Below are positions 1-9,773 of a stretch of DNA of 64,000 bases, one piece after another. The translations under genes were made by a program, and so were the position numbers. Source of the DNA: Kiritimatiellia bacterium (GTDB lineage: Bacteria > Verrucomicrobiota > Kiritimatiellia > RFP12 > UBA1067); assembly GCA_050949565.1 (NCBI GenBank), contig JBMNFY010000001.1, forward strand, positions 96,001 through 160,000, in the 5' to 3' direction. The notes under the pieces were generated by a model. It was not told where the DNA came from. It worked only from the letters and a program-made list of their open reading frames with translations, and did not search any database. Numbering within the stretch: the first letter of the stretch is position 1; every line of letters starts with the position of its first letter.

Positions 1-3000
1 TGATGGTTGCCGCCTTTGCCGCCGTCGCGACCGCCGCTCCCGTCGGCGTCTCCGTCAACGGCGTCACGCTCGATTCCGGCGGCTCGTCCGGCGAAGGCTG
101 GAAGTACTACGCGCCCCACATCACGCTCACGAACGCGGGACCCTTCACGATTTCCGGCACCAACAAGACGAGCCAGGTGCGCGTCGTCGTCCAGCAGGGC
201 GTGACGTGCGACGTGACGCTTTCGAATCTGGTGATCGAGGCGCTCGGCAGCAGCGGCCAATGCGCCTTCACGCTGGAGACCAACGCCTGCGTCTCGCTCT
301 TCCTGGCGGGGAGCAACGCGCTCCTCTCGGGCGACAACCGCGCGGGTCTTGAAGTCGCGGGAGGGCGGACGCTCTCCATCAACAGCGCCCCCGGCGACGA
401 CGCGGGCGCGCTGACGGCGACGGGTGGAAAGTACGCTGCGGGCATCGGCGGCAACAACAAAAACGAGAGCGGCATGATCACCATCCACGGCGGACAGATC
501 ACTGCGTATGGCACCGACGGCGCCGCAGGCATCGGCGGCGGATCTCAAGGCGCAGGGGGTACGACAACCATCAACGGCGGACACGTCTCCGCATCCAGCA
601 CGGGCACCTACGGCGCGGGCATCGGCGGCGGCTACTACCGTGCGGGGGGCACGATCACCATCAACGGCGGCACGGTGATGGCGCAGGGCGGCCGCCTGAG
701 CGCAGGCATCGGCGGCGGCTACTACCACAGCGGCCCCGCCGGCACGGTCGCCATCAACGGCGGCACGGTCACGGCCACGGGCGGCAACAGCGGCGCGGGC
801 ATCGGCGGCGGCAGCAGCAGCCAGGGCGGCACAGTCAACATTTCCGGCGGCGCGGTGACGGCACAGGGCGGCACCTATGCCGCAGGCATCGGCGGCGCCT
901 ACGGCGGCGCCGGCGGCCATGTCGCCATTTCCGGCGGCAGGGTGACGGCAACGGGCGGCACTTCCGGAGCCGGCATCGGCGGCGGCGCCTACGGCGGGGC
1001 GGGCGGCACGGTCATGATCTCCGGCGGCACGGTCGCGGCAACCGGCAGCAACGGCGCAAGGGACATCGGGCCGGGGCAGAACGGCACCGTCTCGGGCGCG
1101 AACACCTTCACCGGCGGCTCGATCGGCCTCGGCGCCACATCGGCCTTCCACGCGCCCTCGAACGCCACGGCGCAGGTCTTCTGCGCGTCGCTGGCGGGCT
1201 TCGCGCCCGGCGGCGCGGTCGCCATCATCGGGGCTGCCCGGCAGTATCGGCGCGAACGATCATCGTCGCCGACGCCGACGGCTGCATCCACCTCTGGCTC
1301 CCGAACGGCGCCCACATCTTCGACGGCGAACGGGAACGCGAACGCACGGTGACGATCCAGGACGGCGTCGCGCCCACCGGCGTGACGGTCAACGGCCAGG
1401 AGATCGCCACCGCCCCGGCGGCTGCCCGGCGCGGGCTGGGCCTACGACGCGCCGAACCGCACGCTCTCGCTCACGGGCGCGGGTCCCTTCACGCTGTCGG
1501 GCACCAACGTGGTCGGCGGCGTCCGCGTCGTCGTGTCGAGCGGCGTCGTCAAGCCGGTCACGCTCGCGAACCTGACGCTCCGCATGACGGGCAGCGGCCA
1601 ATGCGCCTTCATGCTGGGGACAGGCGCCAACGTATCGCTCGTCCTCGCGGGGACGAACGCGCTCGCCTCCGGCTACAACTGCGCGGGCATCCAGGTCGAA
1701 TCAGGCCGGACGCTCTCCATCACCAACGCGCCGGGCGACGACGCGGCCGCGCTCTCCGTGACGGGCGGCCGCAACGCCGCCGGCATCGGCGGCGGCAACA
1801 GCGTCAACGGCGGCACGGTCAACATCCTTGGCGGCATCGTCACAGCGGCCGGCGGCAACGGCGCCTCGGGCATTGGCGGCGGCTTCAAGGGTGCGGGCGG
1901 CACAGTCAACATCGCGGGCGGCACGGTGACGGCTCAGGGCGGCAACTACGCCTCGGGCATCGGCGGCGGCGGGGAAAAGACCGGCGGCACGGTCAACATC
2001 TCCGGCGGCCGGATCGCGGCGCTCGGCGGTAGCCGGGGCGCGGGCATCGGCGGCGGCAGCTACGACGGGACCGGCGGCGCGGGCGGTGCGGTGACGATCT
2101 CCGGCGGCACGGTCTTCGCGCAGGGCAGCGACGGCGGCATGGACATCGGGCCGGGCCGCGACACCACGATCTTCGGCGCCAACACCTTCACCGGCGGCTC
2201 GATCCGCCTGGCCGACGCCTCCCTCGCCCCCATCCCCCGGAACCACAACGGGAAGGCGGTCTTCTGCGCGACGGTGGCGGGCTTCGAACCCGGCGCGCAG
2301 GTCGTCACCACGGATCACGGCAATCTGCCGGCCTACTACGGCACGGCGGACATCGTCGCCGACGACGGCGGCAACATCCACCTCTGGATCCCCAACGGCA
2401 CCTACACCTTCACGGCCAACGGAAGCACCTACACGGTGGAGCTCGACGACACCGCCGGGGCGACCGGTGTGACGGTCAACGGCGACGAGGTCGCCTTCGG
2501 TTCCGACGACCCCGCCGCCGGCTGGACCTACGACGAGGCGGCCGGCCTGCTCCGGCTCACGAACGCGGGGCCGTTCACGATTTCCGGCACCAACACGGAG
2601 GGCAAGGTGCGCGTCGTCGTCAATGCCAATCTGGCTCCCGCAGTCACGCTCTCGAACCTGACGCTCCGGACGTCCAGCGACGATCGGTGCATCTTCACGC
2701 TGGGGTCGGGGGCGAACGTGTCGCTCACGCTCGCGGGGGCGAACGAGCTCGCCTCCGGCAGCGGACGCCCCGGCATCTGGGTCGAGGCGGGCGAGACGCT
2801 TTCCATCACCAACGCGCCCGGCGACGACGCGGCCTCGCTCGCCGTGACGGGCGGCGGCAACGGCGCCGGCATCGGCAGCGGCACGCAAACTGCGGCCGGC
2901 ACGGTCAACATCTCCGGCGGCACGATTACGGCCACGAGCGGCACATGCGCCGCAGGCATCGGCGGCGGCCAGGGAAAGGCGGGCGGCACGGTCAACATCT

Positions 3001-5495
3001 CCGGCGGCACGGTCACGGCCGTCAGCACCTACTCTGGTGCAGGCATCGGCGGCGGAATGAGCGGCGCGGGCGGCACGGTCAACATCTCCGGCGGCGCGGT
3101 CACGGCCACCGGCGACAACGGCGGCGCGGGCATCGGCGGCGGGAAGAGCCGCGCGGGCGGCACAGTGACGATTTCCGGCGGCAGGGTCACGGCAACGGGC
3201 CGCAGCGGCGGCGCAGGCATCGGCGGCGGCACGGGTAGCGCAGGCGGCGCGACGGCCATCTCCGGCGGCACGGTCACGGCGGCGGGAAGCTACAGTGCCG
3301 CAGACATCGGGCCGGGTGACGGCAGCACGGACGCCAGCGCGAACACCTTCACCGGCGGCTCGATCCTGCTCGTCAACGACAGCATTGCACTCGCCCCCTC
3401 GAACAACACGGATCCGGTCTTCTGCGCCACGCTGGCGGGCTTCACGCCCAACACCGCCGTCGCCATCACAGGGCTGGCGGAATACGGCGTCACGGACATC
3501 GCCGCCGACAACGGCGGAGCCATCCACCTGTGGCTCCCGGACGGCGACTACAATTTCACGGCCAACGGGTGGCGCTTCGTGGTAACGATCCAGGACGGCG
3601 TCGTCCACATCCTCGGCTCCACGGGCGTGACGGTCAACGGCGAGGAGATCGCGTTCGGTTCGGCGGATCCCGCCGTCGGCTGGATCTACGACGAGGCAAC
3701 CGGCCTGCTCCGGCTCACGAACGCGGGGCCATTCACGCTTGCCGGCACCAACACGGAGGGCAAGGTGTGCGTCGTCGTGCCGCAGGGCGTGACAAACGAG
3801 GTCACGCTCTCGAACTTGGTGCTCCAAGCTTCAGACGAAGACCAATGCGTCTTCGCACTGGAGACGAATGCCGTCGTCTCGCTCTCCCTCGCGGGAGAGT
3901 GTGATTTGACGTCGGCGGATTACCGCGCGGGTGTCGAAGTGCCGGCGGGTGCGTCGCTCACCATCACCAACGCGCCCGGCGACGATGCAGGCGCACTGAC
4001 GGTGACGGGCGGCTATGGCGGTGCCGGCATCGGCGGCGGCTATGATGCCAACGGCGGTGCGGTGACCGTTAACGGCGGCACGCTCACGGTCACGGGCGGC
4101 TTCGCCGGTGCGGGTATCGGCGGCGGTTATAACTACAGCGACATCCCCAACGCGGATACCGACTCGGGCGGCATGGTGACCGTCAATGGCGGCGCGATCA
4201 CGGTGACGAGCGGCAACTATGCGGCCGGCATCGGCGGCGGCGCCTTTGGCGGTGGCGGTACGGTGACCGTCAACGGCGGTGTCGTGACGGCGACGAGCGG
4301 CTATGGCGGCGCGGGCATCGGCGGCGGCTACAATGGTATCGGCGGCGCGGTGACCATTAACGGCGGTGCGCTCACGGCCACGGGCGGTTACGCCGGCGCG
4401 GGCATCGGCGGCGGTTATAATTACAGCAACATTCCCAATGCCGAAACCAACTCGGGTGGTACGGTGACCATCAACGGCGGCACGGTGTCGGCAATCGGCG
4501 GCCGATATGCCGCCGGCATCGGCAGCGGCGACTATGGCGGTGGTGGCACAGTGAACATCTCCGGTGGCACGGTCACGGCCACGGGTGGCTTCGACGGCGC
4601 GGGCATCGGCGGCGGCTATGATGGCCAAGGCTGCACGGTGACAATCACCGGTGGCGGGGTTTCCGCAACCGGCGGCGACTATGCAGCCGGCATCGGCGGC
4701 GGTTACACTTACAATAGCACCGCCGCTACCGCCGCTGCGGGCGGCACGGTGGCGATCTCCGGCGGACGCGTCATGGCGACCGGCGGCCGGTACGCCGCGG
4801 GCATCGGCGGCGGCTCCGGCTGGACGGTTGAAGGCGGCGATGGCGCGGATCTGACCGTCGCAGGCGGCACGGTCTTCGCCACCGGCGGCGCGGACGGCGG
4901 CCCGGGGGTCGGTAGCGGCGTCGGCAATGTAGGAAACGGCGGCTCTGCGCCGCACGTTTCCGGCACGTGTACCTTCACCGGCGGTTCCATCCGCATCGAC
5001 GGCGGCTATGCGGCGACTGACCCTACCGATGGCGAGGCGCGCGTCTGGTGCGTGACGGTGACGAATCTCGTGCCCCATGCGGCGGTCACGGTCACATCGC
5101 TCGGCACCTACGGTGTCAACGACCTCTTCGCCGACGAAAACGGCAGGCTCTACCTCTGGCTGCCGGATAACGATTACACTTTCACGGCGGGCGGCTTCGG
5201 CTACACGGCCGCTGTGAACGGCGCGGATGCGACGGCGACACTCTACCTCGCGGCGCCGGCCTTCGCCACGGACGGCTCGGCGATTGTTGTCAGCGGCACG
5301 ACGCTCTCCATCACGATCGCCAACGCCCAGAGCGGAGCTTATTACACGCTCTACGGGGCACCCGAGCCCGGCGGGCCTTGGACGCCGGAGCAGAGCGTCC
5401 CCGCGACGGTGGACGGCACCCTCACTTTCACGCTCTCCAACATGACAGCGCCCAAACGCTTCTTCAAGGTGGAGGCCAGCACTGACCAGCCATAA
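1..5495 (+). CDS. Large secreted Gly-rich (GAGIGGG-repeat, beta-solenoid-like) surface protein, paralogue 1; 4 tandem modules; 5' end cut by the window edge, frameshifted at about 1230-1440
   Basis: ORFs 3..1352 and 1509..5495 carry the same module (GVTVNG..GW.Y...LTNAGPFTISGTN..VRVVV..VTLSNL..NAPGDDA, then GAGIGGG/GTVNISGG repeats, then NTFTGGSI..IHLWLP). The 1230-1500 gap encodes the module linker in shifted frames. Signal-peptide tail VAAFAAVATA-AP at the start; ends RFFKVEASTDQP. Confidence 0.8.
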
Positions 5496-5514
5496 GATAG
5501 AGAGGCTTGCAGAT

Positions 5515-5563
5515 GTGGCACGGGCATCTTGCCCGTGTTTCATGGGCGGGACGCCCATGCCAC
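5515..5563 (+). repeat. 49-bp double-hairpin REP/MITE-like element, copy 1
   Basis: GTGGCACGGGCATCTTGCCCGTGTTTCATGGGCGGGACGCCCATGCCAC; near-identical cores at 19250, 27717, 32939 and (reverse) 53885. Imperfect outer inverted flanks GAGGCTTGC (about 5502) / GCAAGAGCCTC (about 5570-5580). Confidence 0.9.
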
Positions 5564-5588
5564 GGGGGAGCAAGAGCCTCCAGCGAAA

Positions 5589-5665
5589 GGACAAGAAACA
5601 TGCGACAAGGGACAAGAGGAGACATGAGACGAGAGACCCCTTTCTTGTCTCACGTCTCTTGCCCT
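5589..5665. repeat. Inverted GAGACAA-type heptamer array (intergenic hairpin, no ORF inside)
   Basis: GACAAGAAACATGCGACAAGGGACAAGAGGAGACATGAGACGAGAGAC followed by TTTCTTGTCTCACGTCTCTTGCCCT. Confidence 0.75.
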
Positions 5666-5694
5666 GGCTCTCACATCAAACCCAAAGGAACACC

Positions 5695-8600
5695 ATGATG
5701 AATGCGAAAACCATTTTGACACTTGCTTGTTCGGGCCTGTTTGCCGCCACCGCCACCGCCGCCTCCACCGGGGTGACGATCAACGGCATCATGCTCGACG
5801 ACGCCGTCTCGACCAACGACATCGGCTGGGCGTACGAGTCGGCCACCTCGAACCTCGTGCTTTCCGGTGCGGGCCCCTTCACGCTTTCCGGCACGAATAC
5901 GGAAGGGGCTGTGCGCGTCGTGGTCCCGACGGATGTGACGAACGAGGTCACGCTCTCAAACCTGACGCTCCAGGCACCGTGGAATGTCGTAACGCATTAC
6001 TGTCCCTTTGCACTGCAATCGAACGCCGTCGTCACGCTCTCCCTTGCAGGGACGAACACGCTCACGGCCACGGCGTACCGCGCGGGTCTCGATGTCCCGA
6101 TCTACGCGGAGATCACGATCACCAACGCGCCCGGCGATGACGCGGCATCGCTCACCGCACAGGGCGGCGCCTACGGTGCGGGCATCGGCTCATCCCACCG
6201 CGCAGATGCCGGCAAAATGGTTTTTTGCGGCGGTGTCGTCACGGCCACCGGCGGTAGCGACGCCGCAGGCGTCGGCGGATGCGGCACCGACAACCGAGCG
6301 GAATCCAACGGCGGTCGAGGCGGCGTGGTGTACATTTACGGCGGCACGCTTGCCGCGACGGGCAGCGGCTACAGCGCGGGCATCGGCAGCGGTTACCGGC
6401 GCGCCCTGGGCGTGGTGCGGATTTGGGGCGGCACGGTGACGGCCATCGCCGGCAACATGGGTGGCCCGGGCATCGGCGGCGGTGCCGGCGACAGCCAAAA
6501 CAGCGCCATGCACGGCGGAAAGACATACATCTACGGCGGACACGTCACCGCGACCGGCAGCAGTTACGGCGGCGCGGGCATCGGCGGCGGCTACAACGGC
6601 CCGTGCGACCCGATAACCATTACCGGCGGCACGGTGCTGGCAACGGGGCTGGGAGGCGCCTACGACATCGGACGGGGACGCGACTCCAAAAACCCCACCT
6701 ACGTCCCCCAATTCACCGGCGGCTCGATCCGCCCGGGCACCTCTGAGGTCGCACCCACGCCCAACAACGGCTCGGCAACAGTCGCCTATGTGGTGTGGTC
6801 CGGCTTCGAGCCGGGCGAACCCGTCGTTTTCCCCGCCTTCGGCTCGGGGCTCCCGGACTATTACGGCACCCATGACATTTTTGCCGACGAGGCCGGGTGC
6901 ATCTACCTCTGGTTCCCGAACGCCCGCGACAAGACCTATACGCTCGTGGCCAACGGATGTACCAATACGGTCGCGATCAAGGACGGCGTGGGATCCTCCG
7001 GCGTGACGGTCAACGGCGTGGACGCCGTTTTCGGGCCGCAGGGTTACAACGAGGGCGGCTGGTCCAACTCGAGCCGCGACATCAGGCTGTTCGGCACCGG
7101 CCCGTTCGTCGTCTCGGGCGCCAATGCGGCCAGCGGCGTCCGTTTGGTCGGCACCGCCAACGCGATGAACACGGTGGTCCTCTCGAACCTGACGCTCGGC
7201 GCGGGCGGCGACAGCCGATCCGCGCTTCTGCTGGAATCGGGCGCCAACATGACGCTTGTCCTCGAAGGCACGAACACCCTCTGGTCCGGCCCCAAGCGCG
7301 CGGGCATCGGCGTGGGGGCGGGACGGACGCTCTCCATCAACAACGCGCCCGGCGATGACGCGGCAACGCTCGTCGTCACAGGCGGCAGCGGCGGCGCTGG
7401 CATCGGTGGCAACCGATACCTCGACGGCGGCACCGTGACCATTTCCGGCGGACGGGTGCTTGCCACCGCCGGTACCAGCGGCGCGGGCATCGGCGGCGGC
7501 TCGGACGGCTCGGGCGGTTCGGTGACCATCTCCAACGCCACGGTCATCGCCATGAGCGACGCCGGCGGCGCGGGCATCGGCGGCGGTGTTGATGGCAACA
7601 ACGGCGGTACCGTCGTAATCGCCAGCGGCACGGTCACCGCAACGAGCCGCACCGGCGCGGGCATCGGCGGCGGCTCGGGGGGATCGGGTGGCTCGACGAC
7701 GATTTACGGTGGCACCGTTACGGCCACGAGCACCGGCGGCGGCGCGGGCATCGGCGGCGGCTACGATTACGGCGGCACCGGCGGTACGATCACGATTATC
7801 GACGGAAACGTGACCGCGACCGGCGGCGACGGCGGCGCTGGCATCGGCGGTGGCTACATGGGCACCGGCGGTGCCATCACGATTTCCAACGGCGTGGTGA
7901 CCGCCACGGGCGATGGCGGCGGCGCGGGCGTCGGCAGTGGTGCATATAGTGGTGATTTTGAAGACGGCTATACCGTGACAATCGCCGGCGGGCAACTCAT
8001 GGCCGCAGGCGGCGCGGGCGGCGCGGGCATCGGCGGCGGCGACAGGGGTGCCATCGGCACGGTCGCGATTTCCGGCGGTACCGTCGCGGCGACGGGCGAT
8101 GACGGCGGCGCGGGCATTGGCGGCGGCTCAGGCCCCTACAACGCCGGCGGCACCGTCAACATCTCCGGCGGCAAGGTGACGGCGACAGGCGATAATGGCG
8201 GCGCAGGCATCGGCGGCGGAGCCTGCTTCTTCTACTCCGGCACCACCGTCACGATCTCTGGCGGCACGGTCGCGGCACAAGGCTCCTTGGAGGCGCAGGA
8301 CATCGGTTCTGGTCACAACGAATACGGTGGCGGCGGTGTGAGCAGCATGGAGATGACACCGGGTAACCAAGATGACGGGCCCGGCACGAACACCTTTACC
8401 GGCGGCTCGGTCTATCTCGCGAACGACAGCATCGCCCCCGCACCCAGCAACGACACGGATCCTGTCTGGTGCGTGACGGTGACGAATCTCGTGCCCCATG
8501 CGGCGGTCACGGTCACATCGCTCGGCACCTACGGCGTCAACGACCTCTTCGCCGACGAAAACGGCAGGCTCTACCTCTGGCTGCCGGATAATGTTTACTC

Positions 8601-8916
8601 TTTCACGGCGGGCGGTTCCGGCTACACGGCTGCCGTGAACGGCGCGGATGCGACGGCGACACTCTACCTCGCGGCGCCGGTCTTCGCTGCGGACGGCTCG
8701 GCACTCGTCTTCAGCGGCACGACGCTCTCCATCACGATCGCCAACGCCCAGAGCGGGTTTTATTACACGCTCTACGGGGCACCCGAGCCCAGCGGGCCAT
8801 GGACGCCGGAGCAGAGCGTCCTCGTGACGGCGGACGGCAATCTCGTTTTTGAAAGCATTGACGCGGCGGCTCCCAGGCGCTTCTTCAAGGTGGAGGCCAG
8901 CAGTGACCAGCCGTAA
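5695..8916 (+). CDS. Secreted Gly-rich GAGIGGG-repeat surface protein, paralogue 2 (2 modules)
   Basis: AAGGA RBS before ATG 5695; signal peptide MMNAKTILTLACSGLFAATATAA; same module as paralogue 1; ends RFFKVEASSDQP. Confidence 0.85.
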   Translation: MMNAKTILTLACSGLFAATATAASTGVTINGIMLDDAVSTNDIGWAYESATSNLVLSGAGPFTLSGTNTEGAVRVVVPTDVTNEVTLSNLTLQAPWNVVTHYCPFALQSNAVVTLSLAGTNTLTATAYRAGLDVPIYAEITITNAPGDDAASLTAQGGAYGAGIGSSHRADAGKMVFCGGVVTATGGSDAAGVGGCGTDNRAESNGGRGGVVYIYGGTLAATGSGYSAGIGSGYRRALGVVRIWGGTVTAIAGNMGGPGIGGGAGDSQNSAMHGGKTYIYGGHVTATGSSYGGAGIGGGYNGPCDPITITGGTVLATGLGGAYDIGRGRDSKNPTYVPQFTGGSIRPGTSEVAPTPNNGSATVAYVVWSGFEPGEPVVFPAFGSGLPDYYGTHDIFADEAGCIYLWFPNARDKTYTLVANGCTNTVAIKDGVGSSGVTVNGVDAVFGPQGYNEGGWSNSSRDIRLFGTGPFVVSGANAASGVRLVGTANAMNTVVLSNLTLGAGGDSRSALLLESGANMTLVLEGTNTLWSGPKRAGIGVGAGRTLSINNAPGDDAATLVVTGGSGGAGIGGNRYLDGGTVTISGGRVLATAGTSGAGIGGGSDGSGGSVTISNATVIAMSDAGGAGIGGGVDGNNGGTVVIASGTVTATSRTGAGIGGGSGGSGGSTTIYGGTVTATSTGGGAGIGGGYDYGGTGGTITIIDGNVTATGGDGGAGIGGGYMGTGGAITISNGVVTATGDGGGAGVGSGAYSGDFEDGYTVTIAGGQLMAAGGAGGAGIGGGDRGAIGTVAISGGTVAATGDDGGAGIGGGSGPYNAGGTVNISGGKVTATGDNGGAGIGGGACFFYSGTTVTISGGTVAAQGSLEAQDIGSGHNEYGGGGVSSMEMTPGNQDDGPGTNTFTGGSVYLANDSIAPAPSNDTDPVWCVTVTNLVPHAAVTVTSLGTYGVNDLFADENGRLYLWLPDNVYSFTAGGSGYTAAVNGADATATLYLAAPVFAADGSALVFSGTTLSITIANAQSGFYYTLYGAPEPSGPWTPEQSVLVTADGNLVFESIDAAAPRRFFKVEASSDQP

Positions 8917-8918
8917 GA

Positions 8919-9753
8919 CAAGAGACATGAGACAAGAGACGACGCAGATCATCGGAGCATACGGCGGGTATCGCAAAACGTTCGCCTTTGGCTATACGTG
9001 TCTGGTGTACCACGCCACCTGCGCGTTCTGCCGCCGTAACTACGACCGCACTAACGACGCGCTCGGCAAGACCGTTGGTCAGATGGTGGGGGCGGCTCGC
9101 AGTGCGCGTCAAAACATCGTTGAGGGCTCGGCGCGAGCCGGAACGAGCCGCGAGACCGAACTGCGGCTCTATGACGTGGCGAAGGCTTCGCTCGAAGAAC
9201 TCGCCGGTGACTACGAGGCGTTTCTCATCGAATGCGGCGAGGCACCCTGGCGCGCGGACGATCCGCGCGCTGTGAAGGTGCTCGCGTTGCGGCTGGATCG
9301 TTTCACGGGTGATGACGCCCTCAATATACGCCATGATTTCGGTGTCTACATTCTCGCTATGCGGGAGCGGTTCGCCGAGTGGCTTGAAGCAAAGGATGCG
9401 GTGATAGCCGCGAACGCGATTCTGCTGGTGATCGACCAGGTGTGTCGGCTGTTGCACCGGCAGATGGAGTCGCTCGCGGCGGACTTCCGCGAGGAAGGCG
9501 GCTTCACGGAACGGCTCTCCAAGGCGCGTCTGGAAACACGCGATGCGCAGATGGCGGCGCAGGGCGCCCCGTCGTGTCCCAAGTGCGGCAAGCCCATGCG
9601 CAAGATGATCGCCCGCAAGGGCCGCAATGCGGGCAACCCCTTTTGGAGTTGCACCGGATATCCCGACTGCAGCGGAACACGCAATTACACGGAAGGGCAA
9701 GAGACATGAGACGCGAGACCCCATCCCGTCTCTTGTCTCATGTCTCTTGCCCT
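8919..9753. repeat. Heptamer-derived direct and inverted repeats bracketing the four-helix-bundle gene
   Basis: 8919-8940 CAAGAGACATGAGACAAGAGAC is the exact reverse complement of 9728-9749. CAAGAGACATGAGAC occurs directly at 8919-8933 and 9698-9712. 9694-9719 pairs with 9728-9753 at 24/26 positions. Confidence 0.9.
8927..9709 (+). CDS. Four-helix-bundle protein (TIGR02436 / 23S-rRNA-IVP-like) with suffix domain and C-terminal topoisomerase-type C4 zinc ribbon
   Basis: GGYRK..., QMVGAARSARQNIVEGS, ELRLYDVAKASLEELAGDYEAFL, AANAILLVI..LL.RQ...L..DF.EEGGFTERLSKAR, then CPKCGKPM..ARKGRNAGNPFWSCTGYPDC. Confidence 0.85.
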   Translation: MRQETTQIIGAYGGYRKTFAFGYTCLVYHATCAFCRRNYDRTNDALGKTVGQMVGAARSARQNIVEGSARAGTSRETELRLYDVAKASLEELAGDYEAFLIECGEAPWRADDPRAVKVLALRLDRFTGDDALNIRHDFGVYILAMRERFAEWLEAKDAVIAANAILLVIDQVCRLLHRQMESLAADFREEGGFTERLSKARLETRDAQMAAQGAPSCPKCGKPMRKMIARKGRNAGNPFWSCTGYPDCSGTRNYTEGQET

Positions 9754-9773
9754 CAACCCAAAGGAACACCATT

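Noticed and set aside
5515-5694. N-terminal extensions of ORF calls (MARASCPCFMGGTPMP, MQVWHGHLARVSWAGRPCH, MINMINMIN)
   Set aside because: These are translations of intergenic repeats; better starts with an RBS lie downstream
1701-7995. Long minus-strand ORFs (708, 594, 601 aa) and Arg-rich alternative-frame ORFs
   Set aside because: Shadow frames of GC-rich Gly/Ala-repeat genes; no recognisable motifs
5043-9709. Diversity-generating retroelement (Avd-like four-helix bundle plus near-identical repeats as TR/VR)
   Set aside because: No reverse transcriptase in the window; both repeat copies are coding and the mismatches are not adenine-specific
8927-9709. 23S rRNA gene with an intervening sequence
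   Set aside because: The flanks are protein-coding genes; no rRNA sequence is present
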